The notes below the pieces were generated by a model. It was not told the origin of the DNA. It was given only the letters and a program-made list of their open reading frames with translations, and ran no database searches. A stretch of 56,748 nucleotides of DNA, filler included, from Sphacelaria rigidula (taxonomy: Eukaryota): NCBI GenBank assembly GCA_964200075.2. It is 6 parts of 6 records of this genome, joined end to end, with 100 filler letters (N's around TTAATTAATTAA, not from the genome) between each part and the next. Parts side by side here need not be neighbours in the genome. Positions count along the whole stretch, not along the records: positions 18,952 to 28,326 come from CAXNAA020008641.1; positions 28,427 to 37,800 come from CAXNAA020008642.1; 4 more parts are not named here. The stretch is one strand, 5' to 3'. A program made the position numbers and the translations under genes. Positions 21,925-35,225 of the stretch are shown here, piece by piece (position 1 is the first letter of the stretch; every line of letters starts with the position of its first letter).

Positions 21925-22230
21925 TCACCGAAACATCACGGTTTCGGGTACAATTCGACCCCCGTAGTAACCTTTTCGAAATGTGTTTTTTATTATATTC
22001 CCGAGCCGATGACGGTTACTACGATTTAAAGCATGTATGTGAAGACTGGGTGAAAATTGGGCTTGGAAATCGTAATTTCGTTCTCGGAACAATTTAACGG
22101 GCGCTGATTGATCGATATATCTTTTCATCGTTAGCGCTACCGCTATGGCCGTACACACAAGTCCGACTATGTCACGCTTTTCAGCTGTTCATGGCGGTCA
22201 GTATGATATCATGTATGCGACTATTGGGTA
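21925..22230 (-). pseudogene. Possible relic of a protein-primed family B DNA polymerase
   Basis: IIKNTFRKGYYGGR resembles the R-x-x-Y-Y-G-G-R (YxGG) motif. No polymerase motif A is seen downstream, so support is a single motif. Confidence 0.3.
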
Positions 22231-24891
22231 GGTATTGCGAAAGGCATATATTTGCTGATGGCACAACTTTTGGTGATGAGCGCGAACCAACCTGTATTAA
22301 TCGTCGTCTAATCAAGGGAAAGGTGTCTACCTGCTCAAAAACCTGGGTCAACACTTTCTCGTTGATTAAACGCCATGTCTAGCCATTCCTATACCGTAAG
22401 GAGATAGCGTCCACACTAAAATCTATATAAAACCCCGAATGATACATTCAGCGGATGACGACAATTTTTGGTGTGGACATTCCCTGGAGCACGGGGAGGC
22501 GATACATAACCCCACCTTCACCTAATTCGCCATCTATCTCGAGATATGGCGCACATAAGTTTCAATTCTAAAATCAACTTAGTACAAGCAGAGGAACTAG
22601 GTGCGCTAAATCTGGATATCGCGTCTCAGGTTTTGAGATTTGTGCTATGAAATTTCGTATGAAGAATAATAAAAGTGGAAAAATAGCCTTTCACCGTTTT
22701 TTCTTTTTTTTTCGTGTTTTTAGTGGAGCTTTGAGGATAACTGAGTTGCTCATGGGCTTCATCTCAAATGTCTAGCTCAACTTCCAGAATTAATTGTGAT
22801 TTGAAACTTAGCATGGAGAACCACGAAGGGGTGCCGAATACAAAAAAATCGGCCTTCATTTTTTCTTCATAGAGGTTAGGGCGTTCTCGTGAAGAAATGG
22901 TATTTACCGTACTAGAACGTCCTAAACCAGTGGGAAAAAGAAAAACCTGACCCACTGAGTTTTGTTAATTATGCCCTAGCGAGGGCCCACACAAAATTTC
23001 AATACACAAAAAGCAGACGTGGGCCGGTGAGTGGCCTGTGAAACACTATTCCGAATTTCTACCGACCCGGTTATTAAAATCGAATGCGCCGGCCAATATT
23101 TTGAGTTCGAGCGTAAATTCTGGGATGGATAATGCATAGGGCATGAAAAACAACTTAGTGAAGCAGCACGAGGTTTGATTTCCATCATGAGTTAACGGCA
23201 ATAATCAGTTTTCAGGTATCAGTAAAATGCCGCTAATTCACGAGAAAAAAAAATGATACCGGGAGCCGAGTTTAAGATACCCCTGATTGATTGATTGATA
23301 GTGTTCATGTCACGATGTTGTATGGCTTTATCACAGAAACCCTCGCTGTAGTGCAGAAACACACTAAGCACAACAGTGCAATCACTTGTCTGGGCTACAA
23401 CTCGTGACGGGTTCACGCACAATAGGTTAATAACTACTTGACTCAAGGCTCTTGTTTAAGATATGCTCTTTTTCTTGCTCACTTTCTTCTTGCTCAATGC
23501 TTTTCCACGCTTGTGTCTCACCAATCAGGCAACAGTCAGATGCTTTTTCCTGGGAAGCTCAGCAGTGGCTTCCCTGTGCTGTCTCAAGCTCTAATGATAC
23601 CCTTTTATAGGTGTACACACTATATCTGACCCTCCGATCAGACCCGTTATCCAAAAATCCAAACATCGAAAGATCGATGCTGCTTGTCTTCATGACATTC
23701 GCCTCTCCAGACCAACCTCTATCGCAGTTGCGAGAAAAGAGCCCCAGAAAGCAGCTAAGATGGAGGTTTTTCTCCTCGTAAGTCATGAAAAGACCAAAAA
23801 AAATAACAGCATTCAAGGCACAGAGGGCAGCAAGCCCGACTTTCCCACACCTCGAACAACAAAAGAAAGTGGAAACGGCTACGGAAAGCGTAAGCACGCT
23901 TGACGACGCAGAAGCACACGATGCTTTTGCGGGCTGGCGACTTCTACGGAAAGACCAAAACATGTTTTGCCGCGCTAGCCAAACCAAAGGGCAGACACGT
24001 AACAGTAATGCAGTGCCTGCTAAGGGGCAGCTGAACAGAAAAAAAAAAGAGAAAAAAAATGCTGCTTGTCTTCATGACATTCAACCCCAAAAATTATAAT
24101 CGGCTGCTCAAAGGACTTGAACAATGTCCACCTTTGCCACTGCCTGCACTATCCATGAATGTGTATGCAAGCCGGGTGTCCCCCCTACCCCGCCGCGTGG
24201 TTCCGTTTCCGCGATTCCGACCATGAAAGAAGATGTTCAAGTTCTCAACAAGAAATACATCATACCCAACTACGGCAGTGTGTACCTATATCCCTGTTCC
24301 CAACTCGTGATTTTTACTGCAAGGTTGTGGTTGTAGCTGGGAATAAGTGTTGTGGGGTTTGCATGGTTCGATCTGTGAACGGCGGGTGATATATCTGGCG
24401 TGGTAGTCTACAGTAAGATTGCTTGAGTCCCACAAGTGCTCTGGAGGCAGTTAGGGCACAAGCGTGGTCCAGAGGCTTGATGTAGAGCGGATTCCAGAGG
24501 TTAAATTACGCACTGGAAAGAACTGTTTTCGCGAATTTCCCCAGAGGCACCCTTAGTTATAAATCATGTGCCCAAGGAGATCATGTGCCCTCTAGCGGCT
24601 TCGTTTACTATCCACTCTAGATGCATCATAACGCACCAGAAGGTATTTCATCCTCCGGAGGGTCATTTTGCCCTCTACAGAAAAAAAAACGCGGTAGTGA
24701 GATTTCAAGGAGGAGGCGATTGGCCGCGTGTGATGTCAATCTCTCCAGCGGTTGAGAATCGCCGAACGAGGACACACAAAGGGACACGGGCAAGGAGCTT
24801 CATCTCCGCCGTTGCTCCTCCGGTGGTTTCGTCATCGACACGCACGCGTGTTCACCGCATTCATTCGGTGCACCTAGCCACACCTGCTTAA

Positions 24892-24989
24892 CCCTTAGAC
24901 CGCGAGATTAGTCTTTCCGGATCATGCATACTTTTTTTCAGTTGAAATTGATGCCGATTCAACAGAAGACTAACCTCGCGGTCTAAGGG
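24892..24989. mobile_element. 98-bp piggyBac-type MITE
   Basis: TTAA|CCCTTAGACCGCGAGATTAGTCTT ... AAGACTAACCTCGCGGTCTAAGGG|TTAA: 24-bp TIR with one mismatch, TTAA on both sides, CCC/GGG termini. Confidence 0.92.
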
Positions 24990-25124
24990 TTAACTGCTGC
25001 AACATGATAATTTTCGCGAAAATGCTTTCCCTTGGCATAACGGTTTTGCACCAAACCTTCATTTAGTTACTGTATACCACTTGAACCTATCGTTTTTGTG
25101 TTCAACCTCATTTTCCAGGATTGC

Positions 25125-25312
25125 CTGTTTTCAGCAATCTCCTTCCCTCGTCGACCGTGATGTCGAATTTTGTGTACCCACGACAATCGCTCTCAACTGT
25201 TGGGCTTCATTTGAGAATAATCCCAGGTCACGTGACTGCACCGAGATTCGAATCCACGACCCAACCGTCAGAAGGATTCGAGGTCAACAACTGAGCCACC
25301 CGAACGACCGGC
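25125..25312 (-). mobile_element. tRNA-derived SINE, 5' half
   Basis: Reverse complement reads GCCGGTCG..TGGCTCAGTTG (A box)..GATTCGAATC (B box) and aligns with 43647-43830. Confidence 0.8.
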
Positions 25313-28021
25313 ACGTACAGTACCCGAATAGGATCCAACGGTGCGGTACGAGTACCTCCAGTTGTGCAGGCTTCAACTTCTCGCGGTCGTCAATATTTTG
25401 CATCGACTCCTGAGTGCTCAGGAATCGCACATCAAGATGTTCGCGCGGGTGTAGTCATTTATGATCGCGTGGTGAGCTCTCCCCAGATAGCATCCGGGCG
25501 ATGTACCCACTAATCGACTTGGGTATATCACAAGGGGGTGTTGTACCCCATCATTGCGCCGTCGCCTCGTATGCTTCCGATTATTTATGGTCATGTACCA
25601 GACTGCTCGTCTTCTATAACTGTGATGTTGCAGTGCTGTAAAGCTACTTGCATATTTTGGGAGCATGGCGGAATCGACGCACAACAGCAATGGGAGGGCA
25701 AGCAGCCAAGGTAGGTACCTACCTCAACTGGCAATACCTGTTGTGTGATACCGTGCGTCTTTTCCTTTTGGTGGTCCCTGTCTGTGCTGCATTTGCTGAT
25801 GGTTGCTGCTTCACCCAGGGAATCGTATGCTGCGCTCTGCTGTGCTGGGATGCGCTGAACGGAACTGAACTGGAGGCGTACCTTGATGCACCGTACCTAC
25901 GTTGCTATTTAGTCGAACATCTTACAGGACCCTGCCGTCTGATATGTCAAGACTGCGTATTGTCGAGTAGCACAGCAATGGTCGAGACGGTCGTGGTTGA
26001 AGTATGAAGTACACTCGCGATGCCGGCTCTCAACCCGGTCAATTTACTGACTCCAAGAGTATCTTAATCATCCATTACGCCAGTACCGACTGTTGTCTGC
26101 ACGGTGCCTTCCGTGTCGTGTGTAACCCGTCGGCGGTGCGCCATCATTTATCCATTTCGACTTTCCTGTAGAATGAAGTCTCTACACCTCGTATTTTTCA
26201 AGGCGCCGACAAAGGCTGACCAATGACGCGCTTGTTGTGATCACGAGCGCCGCAGTCTTTCAGTCGAATCCAAGTTGACAAATCTATCGATCAGTACCCT
26301 GACCGATGTACGATGTATAACACCCCCTGCGGGTGGTTGGGCTTTCCTGCCTATCTTGACTTTTCGAAGCCTTGGCAGTTGCCTCCGACTTCAGGTGAGA
26401 ACGAATTTCGTTGTTCAGAAAGACCTCTCCGTGAGCCATGCTTTCGGTAAGGGCTCGAACTGCACATCGGCAGGGCTGTGGTGTTTTTCTCCGAGAAATT
26501 TGAGTTTTTAACCAAGAACCAAGACTGTACTTTGAGGTTGATTGGTATGATGGAAAACAAATATAAGGGTTTCATGTTTCATACTTTTTATGTCCATTTT
26601 CATCGCGGATGAAAATGAGTGAAAAATAAAGCCCGTTAACGTTCAGACAGCGAGCGTCGCATCGGAACAGTTTCAAAGGTTTGCAGTCCAAGGATATCCA
26701 GGAGTTTTGGACATGTGGGTCGAGGGTGGGAGCTTGTTCCCAAAACAACCGAAAAGCTCACCACGTCAACCGTTTGTGTTGGAAGTTTCCCACGAGAAAT
26801 GACTAGTCAGGAACGAGGCCCGACAGGAGCAGGGTGGCCATTCTGACCAATCACGGCTATCAAAATGGCCACTTTGTTCCCGTGCAGGTGACTACTTCGC
26901 TGTCTGGCCGTATTTCTTATTGTGGTCTTGACAATTCAACCATAGATAACGTGGGCACAAACGGCGTGTACTCTGCTCGTGGTCTGTGTCCCCTGCGTGA
27001 CCCCTCCTGTGTTACCAGCGTAGATTCATACTGTAGTGTTGTTGTGTAATAGTAAGCAGAGACATCTGCAGCATGCCGTAGATTGTGTTTCGTGGAGAGA
27101 GATGGCACGCAGACTGTTTCTTGCCGTTGTATCCAGCGACGACAAACAACACACATACTGACTCTGCACGCAATACGAGACTGCAGGATCGAAACCGGTC
27201 AGGGGTTCTCTTGGACTACTTTCTGTACAGGATAGATGCCCAACATCTACACGATTATATAAAAAGGCGTTTTGTGTAGCGAGAAGAAAAATAAATCTGA
27301 ACCCCAAATGTGGCATAGTCCATTTCAGTCCACCTGCGGGGGGGGGGGCGCCGTCCAAGGGTTGACTGGTTTTATTATTCATAATTTTCATCCATTATGG
27401 AAATGGATGAAAAACAAGCCCGTTAATTAATAAGGGCCCCAAGAGTCGGATGAAATCCCCTCTGCGTATTTAGCTGCCTGTAAATAAATCCGCAGTGAGA
27501 ATCTTACGCATTTAGTTGCCCAACAAACAATCGCACCATATAGCAACTCCCGCATCCGACTAAATACCCCGACTAAAGTCGCCATCACGTATCCAGGGTG
27601 TAGAACTGTGCCACCCGAGAGGCGAAAAGGGAGCCACAACTCTAGCGGGATGTCGACCCCCTACATGCCGTATGAGTAGGAGGGCATCAGCGAACCCTCT
27701 ACAGGGATCGAGGGCGCTTGCGGCGCCGATATGAGGTTTACAAACGCCACACTTCGCCCGAGCGTTCTCGGTATGCCTTGGGTTGAGGTTAGCGTTGGTG
27801 TCAGTGGTAGTTCGGAGTAATACGTGTCTGAGACAATTCTTCGAAGGGTCAATCAACCAAGTGGTAAATACACCTCAGCATCGTCCTCTATCCTTAGCTA
27901 CCTTGGACAAGGTACTGGGTACATGGGAATGCCTTGTGGTATCCCTCGTACTGGATACTCGTACCTACTCCAGTCTACACAACTTTGCCTAGCGCGCCGC
28001 TACACGCTATTAATACTGTGT

Positions 28022-28267
28022 GATGCCGCGGTAGCCCCCCCCCCAAACCCTCCAAACCACCCCCATGACTGTCACGAAGAAAGTGTCCACATAGTGCATG
28101 ATAGCTGGTTTCAGACTTCATGAAGCCCCTCTTGTGGGCGACATTGACAAAAACGTTCCCAAGCACGGGGGTTTCCAGCTGCTCGGTGTGTTCGGTGCTT
28201 GTCATTTTGGTTTTCTTTACATGTAGATTTTGCCTCTTCAAACCAGCCATTTTTCCGGGAGGGGGGC
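28022..28267. mobile_element. Old diverged relative of the GACAC MITE
   Basis: The left part (GTCACGAAGAAAGTGTCCACATAGTGCATGATAGCTGGTTTCAGACT) and the right part (CAAGCACGGGGGTTTCCAGCTGCTCGGTGTG..TTTGCCTC) each align by eye to one half of the 10688-10903 copy. A similar end is at about 18555-18615. Confidence 0.55.
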
Positions 28268-28326
28268 GTTCTCACGTGTTGCTTGCCTTAGTCGTTTGAC
28301 CATTGACTACGCATCCCTTTCGAGAC

Positions 28327-28426
28327 NNNNNNNNNNNNNNNNNNNNNNNNNNNNNNNNNNNNNNNNNNNNTTAATTAATTAANNNNNNNNNNNNNNNNNN
28401 NNNNNNNNNNNNNNNNNNNNNNNNNN
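28327..28426. other. Artificial contig-joining spacer
   Basis: Same N44-TTAATTAATTAA-N44 structure. Confidence 0.97.
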
Positions 28427-29604
28427 ACGGAACAAAATTTCCAATAGCTCACGGAGAGAAAGAAAAAAAAACAGGGGATGAAAGGTTGGGTCTTCGCACA
28501 TACGTCCTGTACATCGTGTCAAAATTTCATCGAAAACGATCCAAAATTGAGCGAAGAAAATGCGTCTCAACATTCCTGGTGGCTTCTTGGGCGGACTAGC
28601 CTGTACAGTACAAGTGGCGCTACCTGTAGGGTGTACTGGTGTGGTCTCGCTGTATGTACTTGCGGTGAGTGCTGCAGCCACCTACAATTAGCTACGCGCA
28701 TCTCTCTTTCCGATTTACTCTTCCGCTTGTTTTCGCCATGACTTCGACGGCTTCTCCATGCCTCACAGACGATGCAAAAGACACAGCCAACAGCATGTGC
28801 GTGCCTTTGGAACGTATGTGGCCTAGCAATACTGTGCTCGCCGTCATACCTCAGGATGAACTTAATGAAGCTGGGGTGGATGATCAAAGCTCCACACGAC
28901 TAAAAGCACGAGGTTTTTTTTTCGGTGAACAAAACCACATGCCCGATCTGGACCATAGCTGCTTGCTAATTGCTGCGGGCGGAGAGGGAGCATGACACAG
29001 CCCTCCTTGTTTACATGCGTCAAGAAGCCGCAACGTGTAGCAGTACAGAACAATCATTACAGCATGGGGTTTTGCATTTTCGCATGTCCCTACATGCTGC
29101 CATCGTGTACAAAAACGTGACGTGCTGTACTTTGAGAGTCAAGAGTCGAGACTGAGGATTTGCAGGATGAAACTTTTGTACTGCGACTGACGATGGTGGG
29201 GCATGAATACAGTTGGGCTCTCTCACCCCAAGGGCGGTATTTTTGCCCCAAACTGACCCGACCAAATGAGGGTGACTCTTCTTATATGTGCCTGACTTGA
29301 CAGACTTCTGCTTATGCATCTTTGTTCCCCCGTCTTCCATCTTCCGTGTGCCGTGCACATCATTCATGATTGCGGTTGGGCTCCTTGGTGTCCATCTTTT
29401 GAGATTTTCCCAGGAATGAGTCCTGAAGAACGGGACCTCTGACCAGGAATGACAAGGAAGGGTCCCAAAAGGATCGAAGAGTCGTTCGTGTCCATGTAGC
29501 TGTAGCGCTAGCCCGCCACTGCTCAATGGTCACTCATGAGACCTTGCTTGCTTGTGTTTTGATGGACTTGCATCGCCCTGCCCCTACGGTTTCGTCGTGC
29601 GCAG

Positions 29605-32600
29605 GGTTCAGTCATGTCCTTCCATCAGCAGAGAGATGCAACGCATTCTCAGGATTGTTCAATCGGAGTGTGGCCCTTGGGTGGGACTGAGTGTCGTGCA
29701 CCTGGGAGACCGAGATGTCCCCAACGCTCTTGTTTTCATTGATAAGTACACCCAGGTAATCAGCGCGTCAGAAATACAGAATTGAAACAAATCATGGCTG
29801 TGTCTAGGTTTGGTGGATGATACGAAGGTAGCTGAGAGAAATTCTTCTGCTTTCCGAGTACGGTGCAAGGATAGTCATTTTAGTGCGGCAAATTGACGGC
29901 CAGGCGAATGGGGCAGAAGAGCACAAGTGGCCATTGGAACATGGCATAGTACATGATATGGTTTGTTAGCACTTATCCCAGTTTCATGTTTCCTCTCACG
30001 GCTTAGGATTGTGAAAAGCAATCGTTGGTATAGAAGCACCCACAACTCGGAACAGTCTAGGCTTGGATCGTTATTTTTTCCTCAACAGTTGACGGTATAT
30101 TTTTCGTAAATATAACACCTCTGGCGCGGAATCACCTCTCATTTTGTGACAGATCCCTCGGCTTCTGAATCCAGTCGCGGAGGCTGTGCGGTCTTTGGAA
30201 GAAATGGCTCTCGACCCTGTCGTGGGGAATTATGTGGACGTCGGGTGGGGTGGCGTTCGAAACGCGAAAATGGCGATCCTCAGTGATTTCTTCAAGGTGG
30301 AGTACAGTAAATAGATGTGCTGTCGTTTTCCATTGTTTCCAAGCCGTTTGCTGTCGGTATATTATTAATATTATTCTTCATATCATTATATCCGTCACAT
30401 TAGCTCGATCTCTCGAACCCGTGGTCACAGAGTGCAAGGAGCATACCACCCACCCATAACCCAAACAGCCCGGGGAAGAAGGCGAGAAAAAAAACATCTA
30501 CACGAAAAAAGGGCTCCTACACTACGAAAGATCCGAATGAGACGAATTGAACTACAGAAAACCTACTTGTACTGGGTCTAAGAAGTCCCTGCGTGTGACC
30601 TCTCCGACTACTATGCCACGTACTGGCATATACACAGAGTAGTGACAGCGAATAAACCGGCATATACCATGTATGATAGTCGTTTTGTCCCCTTCGCTTT
30701 CCAAAATCCTCAAGTATAATGACCCTTGATGAAGGTTTCAGCTCTATTTTCTCGTCACTTTTTGTCGACTGACACCACGTTGTGCACCTGTCACTTGTCA
30801 TTTATCAGCCGTCAGTCATCAGTGAAGCCTTAGGAGTGACCTGAGCAGGTAGTACTATCCTTGGTGGTTGATCATTTGCAAATGTCAACCGGCAACCGGC
30901 AACCGAAATGCCAAGACAGCAACGGCAGCAGTCGATCAATCTGTCTGTGTTTGTCCAGACCAGTGCAATACATTCGTGATTGATGACGCCTCCGTTGCAG
31001 TTGAGTAAATAAAATCGAAATATTGAAGGAGGCGTGACGAAACAAAATGTGCAACTCCATCCGCCCGAAGGATTCCGCCATAAGACAGATGTTTTTTCCG
31101 GCAAATAACGGGTATAATGGCGGAATCCTCAAATCTAACCAGGGCACAGGTGTCAATATAACCCCCGCCTATGTAGTTCCCAGTGGTTGTGGACATCGAT
31201 AGGCGCGTGAGCATTGTCGATTGATGTTTTGGAGAATAGCGATATGTTGCCGTTTTCGCACACAAAAATTGAACTGTGCCAAACATCGGAGTACACTCCA
31301 GCACTACACCTCCATGGCATGCTTGGAGTACAGGGGGTAGCGTACACGAAGAGAATAGCCTGATATGCAGCAAAGTGACGAGCATACGTACACTCACTCT
31401 ACTCTCCTGGCTCATGGGTTGATGACCATCGGCGATGAAAGGCCCGTTCCGAGCACTTGAGCCAGTGTTGAGGAGTTGGCTGTCGAACTTCGTTAAACGT
31501 ATAAAGGAGGTACTTCACCAGGGATCAATACGAGGTAGTACAAACGGCAGTCCCTCACTGATTGCACTGCCCATTTATCTCGCTCTCTACAGACCTGTAC
31601 AGTTATTGTGCACACAGGACCATAAAACATTGCATCTACGCGAAGTGTTGTGGCTCCTGATGCACTCGACGATGTCATTCCAACACAAGCCTGAGGTTCA
31701 CAGCTGAGCACGGGCGTAGATCTGGACAATTGTGCGAGCACTGGGACCCTCTGCGCTTGTCGTTTAGTAGCCCAGGCACAGTGTAGGCCGCGCTAACTTT
31801 TTTCGGGCGAGGGGTCCCCTGACCCAAGGAATCGACCACCCATTTCATTACATTTACCTGCTGTTGCTCATAATATGCCCCTCTCTTGGTTGCTCTGACA
31901 CACAGACAACGCCCGATATATACACGCTGGGCCGCTTGACGAGCGGACTTTTCTTCAGCCATTTCTAGCTGACGATGGATCGCGAGTTGTGCCTATTATG
32001 ACACAACGCGCGTCTCTCACTTCACGTAGCACTGCGATCTGACAAGTGGCTATCAAACAAAATACCGAACTGTAGTCAATCGCGAAGTGTAGAAAGTTGA
32101 GGGTAGCATGTGCGGTGGAAGTAGGGGGGAAACATTACTGAAATCGCATTTTCGGTTACAGTCGATCGTGCCGCGGCCGCAAGGTGATGGTGCTCCACAA
32201 GTTGTGGTTGTACAACAGTGCATGTCGTACTGTAGGCGCGCAGTGTCTGAGATGGCACGCAGACGAGACCTCCAGCGCGCCAAGGCGTCTAGTAGTAGTG
32301 TGCGAGCCAGTGAGCAGTGGTGAACAAAGTTTGCAGGCAACGTCATAGGTCCGGTTGAAGTTGTTTTACTCTGAAAGCAAGTCAACGATTTCTCAACAGA
32401 AGAGCGCGGTTGCGCTGGTCAATTTTGAGTCGTTTACCATGACATTTTGACACGATGTACATGAGGTATGTGCGAAGCTTCTATCGTTTCCCCCTTATTT
32501 TTATTTTTTTCCTCTGATGAGTTGTTGTGGTCGAAAATTCGGAACCACTTTTTTCGGTACAAAACCGTCGACAACTTCTGAAAAAAAATCGTGGGGCGAC

Positions 32601-33952
32601 GATAGGATCTCTACAGCATACCTCATGCACATCGTTTCAAGAATTAGTAGAAAATACTTGAAATTGAACAAGATCATACCTCATGCACATCGTTTCAAGG
32701 AATTAGTAGAAAATACTTGAAATTGAACAAGATAACCGCGTTTCATTTTTTCATCTCCACGCGGGAGCCGGTCTTCGACACGAGCACACGATTATACAGC
32801 TCAATATGGGGTTTTCAATGGTATTTTGACACAACATGCAGGAAGTATGTGCAAAGATTCTATCATCTACCCCCTGCGTTTTCCTTTTTTCTCTGTGAAA
32901 TATTGGCGACTGAATATTTCAGAACAATTTTCCCGGAAATAAATCGCGAATAACTCGCGAAAAAAAATTAAAGAAAAAAGTAAGGGGCAGATGATGAAGT
33001 CTTCGCACATACGTCCTGTACATCATGTCGAGATTTCACAGTAAACGCCCCGAAATTCAGCTGCATAATCGCGTGTTCACCCCCCTGTCCGCGTCTTGGG
33101 CGGCCCAGCCTGTAACCGGAACGAGACTCGGCTGCAAGGTGACGAACGAGTGGGTAGCAGTGGGCCTTTCCAGAAACGTCAGTTTTGAACAACGCGTGGT
33201 CATGGTACGGCAGCATTTACGGTAGTGTTCATGAGGAGGCACACGTACCGTCTGTACTGAAGTACGGTCTCCCCCGAATTTTTGTCGAACCGCACCATAC
33301 AGCAAACTGTCGAAAAACTGAAGAGCTGCTTACTTCAGCATGATCAGGTCCAGCAAACGAATCGCGCTCCGAACGTCGATCTGGAACGCTGAGTTCTGAA
33401 ATCTATGTGGCTACCTCACCTTCCCCACGTGTCATCCTAACCGAGTGTACGGTATACTTGCACTCTCGAAGTGCTTTGCTGCTATGGCATTTGGATTGCG
33501 CAACATCCACACATCCTGCACACATCACTTGGATTAAGTGATCCTATGAAGAATGTGTTAATATCCACCACTCCCGTATCATAGTCAAGCCTTCCGGCGC
33601 TGGAGTTTTAATCATCTGTTTTCTTCACTAAAACGGAATGACTGTGCTCGTACTTATCATGTGGTGGTGTGATCGAGGCGATATGCACCACAACATCCAT
33701 CTAGTCGTTTCTTAACCCCGGCCCCTGTTTCGACGAAGCTCATAAGCTCACTTGCTCGTGGGATGTCCTGATTATTATTCACAGGGTGGCTTTGATGGCA
33801 GCGGAGACGACGGGGGCAGCTGCATTGACGGTCGTCTAACCTCTGCTTGGAACTGGTGTTCATTGCTACCCAAGAAGCCGTTTGCTCCAATTTTTAACCT
33901 TGCGGGTCAGTTCGGATTCGATGGAGCCTGGGGCAACGGCTTGGAAGAATAG
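29605..33952 (+). CDS. DUF2009/UPF0652-family protein, last three exons (5' part missing)
   Basis: Exons 29605-29755 ([26 protein letters not shown]), 30153-30296 (IPRLLNP..ILSDFFK) and 33785-33952 ([26 protein letters not shown]..stop). GT-AG introns with consistent phases. Confidence 0.88.
30391..30510 (+). repeat. Dispersed repeat family
   Basis: CACATTAGCTCGATCTCTCGAACCCGTGGTCACAGAGTGCA..ACATCTACACGA recurs at about 42868-42981 and partly, reversed, at 37776-37800. Confidence 0.8.
32440..33120. repeat. Fold-back repeat in a DUF2009 intron, with an internal tandem duplication of about 59 bp
   Basis: GTCTTCGCACATACGTCCTGTACATC at 32999 and 28490, with inverted copies at about 32445 and 32824. 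CATACCTCATGCACATCGTTTCAAG..GAACAAGAT occurs twice at 32617-32733. Confidence 0.8.
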
Positions 33953-35132
33953 TTTGTATCGGCCACATAGCGCCCAACGCAACTTTCATGTATGACGTAC
34001 GGAACCGAGGTATACCACGGGACGGTCTTGGCGGTCATGGCGCTGTTAGTTTTCTTCGCTCCTTGTGTCTTTGGGCATTTTACACACAGTCGATTAGAGC
34101 CAGCGATCGTCAACGTAGATGCAGCTCCTTTTTGAGCCACCGTGTTGCACAGGCAACAGCTACGGCAGTATGCAAAGTGTGTTGAGCGATTTCTGCCGTT
34201 GTGAAGTTGGGCAGGCACCACAAGAGAGCCCTGTCAAAAGTATAGGCCGAAGATAACACCGGTCCAACGACGGGCAAATGATCGTCGAAGGATGCACTCC
34301 AGCAAGCGCCAACTAGACGGCAGGCGGACACTATGCAAGCGGGAGTAATCTATTGTAGAGTAACTTTTTTCAAACGCCCAGTATCGTTGATCAGGGTGCG
34401 CGAAAATGCCGCTCCATTCGTAGTCCCGTCTTACTAGGCTCCACCTCAACACGAGTGTATCATTGTACGTATCTTGCAGTGATCGCTACTTGAGGTTGAG
34501 TTTGGACCTGAAATATTGTGATTGATGAAGAACTACCTATGCGAACAGGGGATATGAGACCGAAGGAATAGCCGTTAGTCAAGAGTATAGGTCAGGACTG
34601 GATCTTTCGGATATCCATTCCCATTCTTTGGAGCGAATACCAATCGAATTACTAGGAATTGAAAAAAAAATGTATATCGCCACTCTCCACTCCTTTGGTT
34701 GCGGGGGGCATTCTAGAAGCGGAAACCAAACGTGCACGTTTACACGCAACACGTGTGAGGTCAAGGAGTCGTGCATGTATGGCAACGGAGGTGGGCAATG
34801 GGAAGGCACACCTCCACCCGATCCTTTATTTTTTGAGAAAATGGTCGAACTCATCGAGAGAGTTGCAGGGCCCCTGGTTACCACCACCTTTTTGCACTGG
34901 TTTTGGCTCCTTACTTTGCAAGCAGCAACCCTGACAAATACTGCGACGCTCGTATTGGTTATTCCACTCTGCTAGCGCCCACACTAAGGTGAAACCAGAA
35001 AGTTATTGTACTCTCCACTAAGCTGGAGCAATTCGGGCAATCCACACTAAAAATACCAACCCACCTTTCCCGTTCTTCATTTTTTCCCTCTCAGTAACGT
35101 TTGGCGGTGATGTTTAGTTGCAAACAAATTAA

Positions 35133-35225
35133 CCCCTAGCCTGTGAGGTAGTCCATCTGGATCATGCATACTTTTTCAAGGGAAATGCATGCGTATTCAA
35201 AATATGACCGTCTCTGTCTAAGGAT
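35133..35225. mobile_element. Diverged copy of the piggyBac-type MITE
   Basis: TTAACCCCTAG start, shared core GGATCATGCATACTTTTT, and GTCTAAGGATTGA end. Confidence 0.65.

Noticed and set aside
31400..32000. hAT transposase relic in the DUF2009 intron (CSERAF on the minus strand)
   Set aside because: One weak motif with no supporting domains or termini.
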